From Cycas panzhihuaensis (lineage: Eukaryota > Plantae > Cycadophyta), in contig CM041465.1 in the NCBI GenBank assembly GCA_023213395.1, forward strand, positions 182,349,741-182,413,740: a stretch of DNA of 64,000 bases, given 5' to 3'. The position numbers and the translations under genes were made by a program. This document shows, in pieces, positions 52,400 to 64,000 of the stretch (its first letter is position 1; every line of letters starts with the position of its first letter). The notes beneath the pieces were generated by a model. The model had not been told where the DNA came from. It saw only the letters and a program-made list of their open reading frames with translations, and made no database searches.

Positions 52400-53890
52400 A
52401 AGACTTGACTTGAGGAGTTGTTTGAATTTCCAATGCTTGAGTCTTGGAATTTTTCTGAAGATGATGTCATAAGCTTTGTCTTCAACTGAAATGCTACAAA
52501 ATCTGTATGCTGTGTTTGTTATGTCACCTCTTGTTTCCTATTTGATGACCCTTCCTGTGTATTCCAACTTTAGGTATGGTCTCCTTTGAATGTCTCCTAG
52601 ATCAAGTATGATGACATATGTTTTCAATTCCATGAAGAGAATGGACTCCTTGTTGTTTGTCTCCAAGTCTATTAGGACAATCAACTTCTCGAGCCAATGA
52701 ACACTTCCTTGAAAGGAAAGGAGGAACAATGATTCCTTTTCTAGCTCCACGTATCCAGGGACATGTCCCAAACCAACAAGGTACTTTGTTCTCTTTATAT
52801 CATCCAAGAAATTCTTTGTGCCAAATATAATGAGAATTTCTATTATGACTAGATGCACATGTTTCTTGATTATGGTTACATAAAGATAGACCTTCACTTT
52901 GACATGATTGAATTTCATAGTTAAATGGCCTACCCAAAACATACAATGATCTTGGTGGACAAGATTTTGATCAAATGATATTCTGGCTATGTTCTTTCTT
53001 CCTTTGAATGAATCTTCTAGAGTCTTTGCAAGGTATGCTATCACAATTTGGATTCTTTCAAAGATGAGAGCAGAAGATGCAACTGAGTTGAATGTAATCA
53101 TAGAGAGTCTCATGCATGTGCAAATAACCATATGCCCTGAAATCATTTGGACCCTAGTAACAAATTTGTCAACACAAATTAAGGTAATGTTGCTCATACT
53201 TTCTACCAAGGTACCTGTGTCTCCATGGTGTACCACTTGTAAAAGTTGATCACTTTTGGATATTTAAACCTCCATTCCAAATGCAGAGTTTCCTGTCAAC
53301 TTGATGAGGCTCAAAGCATTTAGTGAAATCATGTTTTTAAATTTCAAATAGTGCTCATCTGTCTTATTTTCAGAAATGGGTTCATGCAATTCTTTATCTC
53401 CTTTATGTGTGACAAATGAATTTGTATGAGAACTGGTCTTAATAGAATCAACTTGTTTTTCCCTTCTTGCATTCTTCTTCAGCTTCTTTTTTTGATTATT
53501 TGTCTTCCTGATAGCCCCCTGCACTTCTTTAGGACCCTTTTTATACACTTCCCTCAATAAGTTCCACACCTCTTTAGCTGAGTTAGTGTTCTGAAGTGTA
53601 TGGATAAGAAAATGGTATGAAGGAGGGAGGTGATCTTTGTCGAAAGTTGCAAGTATCACATCAGTAGCTACTCTGTTCTTTCTTCTAAAATTTTCCTCCC
53701 CTTATTCATTAATCTCTGAAGTGCCATCAAGAACAATTTTCCATAACCCTTTAGCCCTAAATATATGTTACATTTTAATTGCCTAGACATGGAAATTTGT
53801 TCCCATATATTTAGGTAAAGGGAAAGGAAGATCTATTAGCCAGTATTCATAATTTTTTGGTACAAAAGCAATAATATCTTTCAACTCCAT
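52400..53890 (-). pseudogene. Family X ORF, copy D
   Basis: ATG at 53890 (MELKDIIAFVP). ORFs 53264..53659 and 52538..53236 align with the B and C ORFs. Confidence 0.75.
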
Positions 53891-54751
53891 AATGTGAGAG
53901 AGAGTTGAGTAGAAGAACATTACCCAAAGTTTAAGTGTCCATCCAACATAGCCAAGTCAAAGTCACTTACCAAGGTTTGCTTTCTTTCTTTCCTGCAAAT
54001 CAAGTATCTCTATCAAATGACTTGTCCTTCTTTGCCCTACTGTCAATCAATGAATCTCAAAATTGACACTGATATCTTTAATTCAAGGCTTCCCCTTACA
54101 TGTAGAAATATAAGTACCTTATATCACCATCAATAGAAGAGTCATATTAATCTTGAAGGAATACTCATAAAGTCTTTTGATGGAATAAGACCAAGTGGCA
54201 ATAGTCTTTACAAGGGTTAAATTGATATGTCAAATATCAATACACTAACATGCCAACGGACCCGACCAACCTTATACACTTTGATTTAATTTAATTTCAA
54301 ACATTAGTAAAATAAAGGGGCATTCATGGCCAAAACTCTAACATATTTGTGTAGGTGAGGCAGCGGCAAGGCTTCCGTTCGATTTGCAGGCGCAAATTGA
54401 TCTTGACTCTCGACGAATGACGAGGATATTCAACGGCGACACTGGCATCTGTTTTTCATCAGTGAGGATTACTTTTACTGTTGCGAGGATGATTTCTAAT
54501 CCTAGATTCAAATGGAGGTCTCTTAATATAGAATCGCACCAAAAGGGTGTGGCCCAAATGCCTTTGCCTTCGACTTTTTTGAATTCTATGGTCAAGTCTG
54601 CTTTAGTTTCTCAAAAACCCGTAGTCAAGTCTGTGGTGGATGGGATGGCACATAGACGAACAAATTTGGCATCTCCTTGTAGCCCTCTTGCTGGAAATGT
54701 AACTTGTAGTAGCAACAAGATATACATAGCCCAAAGGGAGACAAACCTAGA

Positions 54752-54828
54752 TAGCTGATGAGGTACTTTCATGTCAGGGCGAGGTCTATGTATTTGACAC
54801 AGTACCACCAGAGGAGGTACAAGCAGTG
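54752..54828 (+). pseudogene. Captured TIFY-domain fragment of a ZIM/ZML GATA transcription factor
   Basis: tag ctg atg (consistent with deaminated cag ctg acg, QLT) then LSCQGEVYVFDTVPPEEVQAV, versus ZML consensus QLTLSF(Q/E)G(Q/E)VYVF..V.PEKVQAV. Confidence 0.75.
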
Positions 54829-55941
54829 CATCACTGTCAGAAGACGATTCTCCACAGGAGCTCACAAAATGCGAGAGACCACAGATTTGACGGCTAGCTG
54901 AGCGGCTTGAATTACACACTATCACATAATGCAAACAAAGGGTTTCAATCAACACACTTGAGTGGATCTTGCGTGCAATGGCAATTCTTCATGTATCTTT
55001 GTATAGGCTTTTCTGGACCGATGTGGTTGGCTCTATGTGTTCAACACTTGCAGGTGGCTCAACCTTATCTTCATCCATGTAGTTCTCATTTGCAGCTAGT
55101 TTTCATTTCATACAGATGTAATTATGTTTGGCAGTTTCCTCCCAGAAACGAGCAATCATTCGTTGCTTCCTTCATCATTGCAGATTTCCTCAACTTGGGT
55201 TTCTTCTTATTGATAGACAGTCAATATAGGGCGGCTCCTCCATAGACTATTATCTTTCTATTCACACGGCTAAGACGGAAGCCCTATGGACAGTTGATTC
55301 TCGTTGTTCCCATCGGGATCTCTTATCATGCAATAGCTAGCGTTTCACAGATGTTTGGTAGGTTTTCATATTTGGCAAATTTGCAACAACTATTATGGAC
55401 AGGTTTTCTCTAAGGGAAAACAATTTCACCTGAAAACTAATAATTGACTCAAGTACCAACAAAGCCTCTCAATAATCATAATTGTTTCCAACACAAACCC
55501 TAAATAGGTACAGATCCTTCAGTTTTACCATAGTTTAATGGCCAACAAATTTAAAATCGTTTATGTCATCAATTCTTTTGTCTTCACACACTCATACCAA
55601 CAACTTGTCTATAAGGTAAACCCTAACAAAAGGTGAGCAGTATTTGGTAATAATATTTTGATGACCTTGGAGTCTCATCCTCTTCAAGTGTAACCAGAAA
55701 TTGGCAAACGACTCTACGGAGCCACCTCCACACCCAGGATGGCAGACCTGCACAACGATGAGCTTGACAAGCAACTCACTCTCAAACAGGTAGGAGAACC
55801 CGCTCTGTAGATGAGCAGTCAAATCTGCTGTGATACCATGTTAGATTTTAACATGAAAAGCATTCAACTCTAACATCAATATCAATGAACAAAGCATAAC
55901 TTGTATTAACTCAACATAAGTAGATTACATCAGGATACTAA

Positions 55942-58900
55942 TGTTAAACCTTATGTTTACATGTTAAGCCTATGTACTTTATTTTTCATGTAATATTTGT
56001 ACTTTTGTACTTTAGGGGTGACTTATCACTTAAGTGATAAAGTGCATACCCACATTCTTTCCTAGTGACACAACATTGTCACTAAAGGGTCAAATGGACC
56101 CCCATGCACTTTTGCTCACTTGAGAGGCCAAAAGGACACATGTCCTACATGCAAGGCATATACCTTGGATGTTTGACATTTGTCAAACATCCAATGCCTT
56201 AGGTCTCTCCTTTCACTCTATATATTGAGACCTCTTCTCATTGTTCTCATATAGAGTTGGAGCTATATTGTTATGTCTTTGCCTTGCTAATCAAACTGAT
56301 ATTCATTTGGAGATTGGACCAATTCCATCTCCTCCTATTTGGTATCATTTGCTCACTCTCTTTGTGCTTTGATCTTGCTCATGTTAATCTTATTTTCATT
56401 GTTAGTCTAGATCTCTTGCTTTCTTGAAGTAGAGAGAATCTATCTTCTAGATCTTGGGTTTCATAGGCCTTTGGCACTTTCAACATTTGGTATAAGAGCA
56501 GAAGAAGTTTGTTTCTTTCTATTCTGATTTCCTTTTTTTTGGAGATCTTGTCAAGGGTTTACAAACTCTTGGTGACGACCTTAGCTCTCCAAAGGCAATC
56601 CAAGGCTTATTGCCCCTTTGTTGCAGTAGTTCTTGGCTTTTTCAAGCCACTTGCAGGTTGGAGGATGTGCATATTTCAGATATGAAAATTTTCAGACATT
56701 TATCAAGGGTGCAACACTCAATGTTTTCCAAAAAAATAACGATTTTCTCTAATTTTTCTTCAAGAAAAATTATTTTTTTGTAGAAAAAAAAGGTAGATAT
56801 GAGTTATTTAACTGTTTTTTGGACTGTAAATTAGTCCTTTAGTTCTCATTTCTGCACAACAACTAATTTGCTATAGATTTCTAAATGTACTGAGCAGATC
56901 TGTTACCATTTCTTCAGATCTGCACCTAGTTTTTCACTGTTCTGGGCCAAATTTTTACTTGTAGGGCATATTTTCTTAACAAAAATTGTTAATTTCTTTT
57001 AAATCTAGCTAGCTAGCCACTATCTGCCACTCACCGCAGGTGTAACAAGTGTTAAAGAAGATTTTGGAGGCAATAGAAAAGGGTTTTAAACCTTTGTTGA
57101 TCCGTACAACTGCGTTTTCTCTATGTTGGTGTGTGCCCTTCAAAAAATTCAGTTGGTTCGTTCTCGCTCCATAGTGCACAGAAGTTCGTGAAAATTTAGA
57201 ATAACCTTTGTCAAGGTAAAACTAAGCTTCCCCTAAAATTTCATCTCGATTCGAGCACTATGGAGGCCGTACGAAGCAAATCTACCACCACAGCCCGTGC
57301 GCCCTTCCAATTTTTTTATTCATTTCGTTCTCACTCTGTACTTCATGAAAGCTCGTGAAATTTTAGAGGGTCCTTCATTGAGGTAATACTAAGATCTCTC
57401 TGAAATTTTGTCCAGCTCTGAGCATTCTGTAGCCCGTACAATCCACCTGAGCATTTTCAAAGTCGCACAGCTGTCCAAGTTACGTAAAAAATTTATTTTT
57501 TTTGGAAATATTTGAAATTTACAACTTTACCTTTTAAGTGATTCAATTCTTTATTTAATCACCTTTTATGTCAATTTTCAGCCTTATTTTTAATGTTTTT
57601 AAAGTCATTTAACACATGAAAAAAAAAATTTACTTGTATTTTTGACTCATTTAAAGATTTTTTAAGTCATTTTTATCATTATAAAGGCGAAAAATCACTT
57701 TTTCAAGTGTTTTATAAGGCTCCTTGCGAGGTGTCCTTTATGCCCTAGTTCTGAAATAAGGTCAAATTCATATTTTTTCGACTTTTTGAAGTCACTTAAC
57801 ACAAACAATCTTTTTAGTGACTCATTGAGTGATTGTTTTAAGTCACTTTTATCATTGCAAAAGCAAAAAAGTCGCTTAAGTGATTTTGTTAGGCTCCCTG
57901 CATGGTGTCCTAGAGTCCTAGTCTAAGCAAGGGCTCAAAAATCAAATTTTAATAAAAAGATCACTCATTTTCTTGGTGGTTTAGGACTATTTTAAAGTCC
58001 TAACAATTGGTGCATGGTGTCTACATTTTGCAAGTGACTTATTTTACCTTCAAGTTGACCATTTTCCAATAAAAGGAACCCACTTGATGCATCATCACAA
58101 GGAAGTTCATCTTATCTATTTGGGTACTTAGCACACTTTTTTGATCTTTTGAAAGGTGCTCTTTTGTATAACAATTAAGGTGTTACATGTGATGTACTTA
58201 ACTCATTTACTTAGATATCTTTTGCACTCTCTTTCACTTCATTAAGTGCTTTGTAAAACACTTTAAGTGTTACAATTTGATGTACTAAATTGCTTCTTTT
58301 TGGAGTCACATCTTGTAAGCTTTTAAGCATTCATTTTTCAAGTACATCATCCACATAAAACACACTTAAAATTCACTTAAACATTTTTTAAAAAGTGAAT
58401 TTAAAATCAAGTAGGAGAGGTCTGAAAAAGGTTCAAACCTTGCCTCTGAAATAACCTTAAGCTTGGTGCATTCCCTATGGGACCACGGACTTTATGGTCA
58501 ATGTACGACAATTAAGGTTGCTTTAGGGAAAGGAGGTTTGAAAAGGGTGTTATTGGGGCTGTGAATCCCAGGGAAAACTTGGTACATCGATGCAGATCAA
58601 CCCTATCTGCCTTGTCCTAGATTTAACTTGGCAAACTGTTGGATCTCCTCTATAGATCAGGGTTGGACCAACTCTTTAGCCTAGTCCTGCACCCCTCATT
58701 ATTCCATTCAGTTGTTGGATCTTCTAATAAGATCAGAACTGTTGCTTTCGTTAGAAGGTGGAACTTAAGCGACAAAAGTTTTGAGTTTCCAAGTTATCTG
58801 CTAGCTTCAAGCCTTACAACTTTAACATGGCTGCAATTAATATGCTAAATGCATGTACCATCAGATTAACAGGACAAGACAACTGTCAAGAATGGAAAAG

Positions 58901-61900
58901 GATTACTCAAAATCTCTTGATAATGAATGAGTTTTGGGTTTATGTTTCTGGAAGGATACCTCGATTTGTACCTGTTGAAAACGATGGTGTAATTGTTCAT
59001 CCTGATGATGCTCTTGTTGCTGCTTGGGAAGCCAAAGATGAAATTGCTTTGGCATTCTTACATATGATTATTGATGTTCATGTAGATCAGGATATTGTGT
59101 GTGCAAAAACTTCCAAGGAAGCATGGGACATTTTGTCATCCTTGTATGAAATGCGAGACGAAGCTTGCATATTGATGGTAAAAGCTAAATTGTATTCTGT
59201 AAAATTTGTCAAGCCTATGTTGGCTTTTCTTTCCTCCATCAAGGAGGTATGTAATGAATTAAATACATTAGGTAGTCATGCTTTTCGAGATGAGCTTATA
59301 ACAACAATTGTCAAAGCTTTACCTAAGGACTACAATGGTTTTATTTCTTCTACTACACGAGATGGTTCTCTCAAATGAATATTTTTCAATGAATTTGAAA
59401 GCTTGTTACTTTAGAAAGAGTAGATTTACATCAAGGACAATGATGACGAACCATCCACATTAGGGGCATTCATGGCCAAATCAAAGGCCAAGCTGAATCC
59501 AAAACCTGCACTTTCAATGCAATTTGGAAACATGAACATTGGTTCCTCAAAGACCAATGTTGTTTGTCATTATTGTGGCAAAGTTGGCCACATAGCACTT
59601 GATTGTAGGAAGAAACAAGCAGATCCTCAGCACACATGACAATAGCAACAACAACCACGTCAGCAAAATCAGAGACAACAGCAGCCACGACAACAATTCT
59701 AATAGCAGAGATTTCAGCAACAACAACAGCAGCAACCCCCTTGACCAAATCGAGGTGCCTATCAAGGAGGTCAAAGAGGAAAGGGGGGTTTTAGAGGTGG
59801 CAATCAACGCCACTTCAATTAGTTTGCAGATGAGGACAAACTGTTTTGTGCCAATCATACATCCAATGTTGATCAAACTTGGATCATTGACACTGGAGCT
59901 ACTCAACACATGACTGGGAGTGAAGAACTCCTTTACGACATCAAGGAAGGAAAATGTCAATCAATGACCTTTGGCAATAATGAATCTGTTAAGATTTCTG
60001 GCATAGGCACAATCGCTCCATTCCATTCTCCTTCCAATCCTTCCTCTACATTTCCCAATGGCAATCCCTATTTCATACCTTCCATGGAGAAGAGCTTGCT
60101 ATCTGTTAGCAAATTGGACAAGCAACATATGAGCATTTTGTTCAAAAATGGAAAATGTATAATAAGTGACAAAAATGACCAAGTAGTAGCTATTGGATAT
60201 GAGGATCATGGCCTCTACAAATTGGATGCTAATAACATAATACTTGATTCTGCTTACTCTGGTTCCATTGTCACTCAAACTTTGTCCAAGATGCAACTTT
60301 GGCATCAACGTCTAGGCCATTTGAGCTTATTAGACAATCTCAAGCAGATGATGAACAAAAACATGGTACATGGGCTTCCAAAGATGTATGGCACAAAATG
60401 TCTTTGTGAAGCATGCATAATGGGGACACAACATCGCTTGCCTTTTCCTAAAGGCAAAGGTTGGCGTGCATCATATCCTTTGTAGTTGGTACACTCAGAT
60501 TTGTGTGGACCTATGTCCACCGCATCCTTTGGAGGAGCCTTGTATTACATCTACTTCATTGACAATTTCTCCCATAAAGTTTGGGTTTACTTCATCAAGC
60601 ATAAGTCTGAAGCATTTCAAAAGTTTAAGGAATTCAAGCTTGAATTGGAGAATGAGTTTGGCCAATCCATCAAAACACTAAGGACAAACAATGGAGGTGA
60701 ATTTACTTCAAAGGAATTCACCCAATTCTGCAAAGAGAATGACATTCAGTGACAACTTACTATTCCTCACACTCCTCAATAAAATGGAGTCTCCGAAAGA
60801 ATGAATAGAACTTTGGCTAACAAAGCCAAAGCAATGATGCATGCAAAGGGACTTACTCGAGCTTACTGGGCAGAGGCATTCCACACAACTACCTAGGTGG
60901 CAAATTGAAGTCCAACAGCAGCAGTTACTGACATCACACTAGAGGAGGCATGGTCTAGCAAAAAACCAACTGTTAGCCATTTGAGGACTTTTGGGTGCAC
61001 TGCTTATATGCACATCCCCGATCAACAAAGAACTAAATTAGACAAGCATAGTCTAAAGTGCATCCTGGTAGGCTATGCCATTCATAGCAAAGCCTACAAG
61101 TTGTATGATCCCATTGGAAAGAAAATGCATCTTCCAAGAGATGTAATCTTTGCTGAAGAAGATCATAAGGAGTTGGATATAACATCCATCCAATCCCCCA
61201 TTGATAAAGGCAAAAAGATTGTTGAGGCTTTTCTTCCCTCTCAATCTTCAACTCCATGTACATCAACCACTTAGATCAGAAGATCTTGAGGTTCAAGTCA
61301 CATCAATCAAAAAATTACCCAAATGGTATACTCAAACAGTGCAGGACTACCAGATTGTTGAAGGAACATGTCCATCAAGATACAGGCAGGAAACCAATTT
61401 TGCACTTATGGCTTAAGTGCTATGTGTTGATGAGCCTTTCACTTTTGAGGAGGCTTCCAAAAATGAAAATTGGAAGGCTACCATGGATGAAGAAATCCAT
61501 TCTATTGAAAAGAATGGAACTCGGGATTTGATCGAATTGCCTAAACACAAACAGGCAATCAACTGCAAATGGGTCTACAAGACCAAATTCCATTTTGATG
61601 GTACACTTAAGCACCAGAAGGCCCGCCTTGTTGCAAAAGGCTTCAAACAAAAGGAAGGCATAGATTATGAGGAGACTTTTGCACCAATGGCTAACATGAA
61701 CACCATTAGACTCATCTTGGCCTTAGTAGCTCAATGTAAATGGTCGGTTTTTTAGATGGACGTGAAGAGCACCTTTCTCAATGGCAATCTTCAAGAGGAG
61801 GTATACTTGGAGCAACCTCCTGGTTACAAGGTACAAGGCAAGGAGCATTTAGTTTATCGCCTAAAAAAAGCATTGTATGGCTTGAAACAAGCTCCAAGAG

Positions 61901-63510
61901 CATGGTACTCAAAGATTGATGATTCCTTTTTGAGACATGGGTTTCATCGATCTACTTTAGATCCTAACTTGTACATCGAAGTTGGGAAAGACCGTGCCAT
62001 TTTCATTGTCTTGTATGTAGATGACTTAGTGATCACTGGTAATGACACTAAGATGGTACAGATACTCCAGGATGACTTGAAGAGGAGATTAAGATGACAG
62101 ATCATGGACTTCTCCATTATTTCTTAGGCTTTGAGGTATGGCAACAGCCAAGCTATATCTTCATCTCGCAAGCCAAATATTCTTGGGACATTTTGCAGCA
62201 GTTCAAGATGCACGATTGCAGACCAGCGCCTACACCCATGGAGAATGGCACAAAGCTTACTCTCAATGAGGAAGAAGAACCAACAGATCCTACACTTTAT
62301 CGGCAGTTGATTGGGAGTCTCATTTATCTCACCAACACTCGCCCTAACATCTCATTTGCAGTTGGGATTTGCTCTAGATACATGTCTCAACCCAATCACA
62401 AGCATTGGAGTGCAGCTAAATGCATACTCAAATACATCAAAGGCACATTGCAATATGACTTTGAGTATGCACATGATGAGAACTTCACTCTAGAAGGATT
62501 CTCAGATTCTGATTGGGCAAGTTGCCAGGATAGCAGGAGATCAACCTCGGGTTACTATTTTACCCTTGATTTAGCAGTTGTTTCGTGGAGTTGCAAGAAG
62601 CAACCCAATGTTACCTTGTCCTCCACCGAAGCAGAGTACAAAGCTGCAGTCAACGTAGCTTGTGAAGCTATCTGGCTATGACGGATTCTTAGGGAGCTTG
62701 GACTTGAGCAAGATCACCCCACTAGGATTTATTGCGACAATCAAAGTGTGCTCAAGTTGGCCAAGAATCTTGTCTTTCATGCAAGGACCAAACATATTGA
62801 GATTCATCATCACTTCATTAGAGAGCATATGCAAAGTGGTGAGATCAACCTTTAGTATAGACCAATAGAGCAACAGACAGTAGATATCTTTACCAAGCCA
62901 CTTGGTAGAGAAAAATTTGTAAAATTTAGAGATGGTCTAGGGGTCCGACTTAACATTATAAACAGTAAGAGGGGGTATTAAACCTTATGTTTACATGTTA
63001 AGCCTATGTGCTTTATTTTTCATGTAATATTTGTGCTTTAGGGGTGACTTATCACTTAAGTGATAAAGTGCACACCCACATTCTTTCCTAGTGACACAAC
63101 ATTGTCACTAAAGGCTCAAATGGACTCCCATGCACTTTTGCTCACTTGAGAGCCCAAAAGACACATGTCCTACATGCAAGGCATGTACCTTGGATGTCTG
63201 ACACTTGTCAAACATCCAATGCCTTAGGTCTCTCCTTTCACTCTATATATTGAGACCTCTTCTCATTGTTCTCATATAGAGTTGGAGCTGTATTGTTATG
63301 TTGCCAGTTTGCTAATCAAACTGATATTCATTTGGAGATTGGACCAATTCCATCTCTTCCCATTTGGTATCATTTGCTCACTCTCTTTGTGCTTTGATCT
63401 TGCTCATGTTAATCTTATTTTCATTGTTAGTCTAGATCTCTTGCTTTCTAGAAGTAGAGAGAATCTATCTTCTAGATCTTGGGTTTCATAGGCCTTTGGC
63501 ACTTTCAACA
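55942..63510 (+). mobile_element. Ty1/copia element E, full length, same family as A
   Basis: LTRs 55942-56485 and 62976-63510; TSD ACTAA/ACTAA. PBS TGGTATAAGAGC at 56488-56499; PPT AAGAGGGGG. Confidence 0.96.
58827..62953 (+). pseudogene. Copia E gag-pol, disrupted
   Basis: MAAINMLNAC start; WIIDTGAT protease; LWHQRLGH; HSDLCGP; KARLVAKGF; LYVDD; FSDSDWA; DIFTKPL. Confidence 0.95.
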
Positions 63511-64000
63511 ACTAATGTACCATAGACTCAATATAAGTTTCCATGATGATTTGATTACATACTCTACGTCAACCATCTATTTATACAACATAGGTCATAC
63601 AAGAGATGTGACACGTGGGATAAATACCTCTAACCTAACCAATGACACTTCACCAACCTATTAACCAATGACCTTCTAACTTCCCACATAACATTATTAT
63701 AATGCATGACCCTTAGACTCTAATACTTAGGACTACAACTCTATTGACTCTTAGACACACTTTACATAGAACACATATATATTAAACATTATATTCTATC
63801 ATCGTATAGTTGGTCCCCATAAAGAGGTTTGACATAATCTCCAATGTACGTTTCAAGGTTTCTTTCCTTAGGGATGATGATCCTATCTCCTAGACCTGAG
63901 TCTCTAGGGGTATGTCCTGCTGGTTCCTTTTCTATTTCCTCTAATTTGGCGCCAACCAATACTTGAAAAGAACCGATTGTTGGGTGGGTGTACCTCTAAA

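Larger units (their letters stand above)
51925..63801 (-). mobile_element. Non-autonomous LTR element D (diverged family X); its 5' LTR is interrupted by Copia E
   Basis: 3' LTR 51925-52313; 5' LTR 55839-55941 + 63516-63801. Minus-strand PBS TGGTATCACAGC at 55827-55838; PPT adjacent to 52313. Flanked by a 59-bp duplication. Confidence 0.92.
45754..64000 (-). mobile_element. Non-chromovirus Ty3/gypsy element F (no additional archaeal-type RNase H); 5' part lies beyond the window; contains D and E
   Basis: 3' LTR ~45754-46572 (left limit uncertain) with PPT at ~46573-46582. Domain order RT-RH-INT followed by an extra ORF. Confidence 0.85.

Noticed and set aside
54384-54758. 124-aa ORF in D cargo (also 21024..21422 and 19722..20051 in C) as real genes
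   Set aside because: No recognisable domain, mostly non-ATG starts, and the frames are not conserved between copies; probably chance read-through of mosaic fragments.
59599-59913. Asn/Ser-rich ORF and its hydrophobic antisense ORFs (59470..59748, 59547..59960; likewise 24779..25118)
   Set aside because: These are alternative-frame or antisense readings of the CAA/CAG-rich Gag tract, not separate genes.

Overview
This window contains no intact host gene. It is a heavily mutated nest of LTR retrotransposons with many C>T/G>A-derived stops, typical of a large land-plant genome (possibly a gymnosperm; inference). Insertions resolved by TG..CA ends and target-site duplications (TSDs): Copia A (12083-28870, +) and its relative Copia E (55942-63510, +); Copia I (38464-44515, -) inside solo LTR H, inside a CRM-like gag-PR element G; Copia relic J interrupted by truncated element K; a non-chromovirus Ty3/gypsy F (45754 to beyond 64000, -) with an extra 3' PMD-like ORF; and older gypsy relics in the first 11 kb. 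The main discovery is a non-autonomous LTR family present in three copies: B 12558-17334, C 17477-22209 and D 51925-63801, all minus strand. Each copy has an ORF fusing a Copia Gag N-terminus to a degenerate RNase H-like region, plus a copy-specific 'cargo' segment carrying host gene fragments: actin in C, PP6/FyPP phosphatase in B, and a ZIM/ZML TIFY domain in D. The second highlight is a hairpin-rich 5' leader in Copia A/E with compensatory base changes. There are also three unusually long duplications at insertion junctions.
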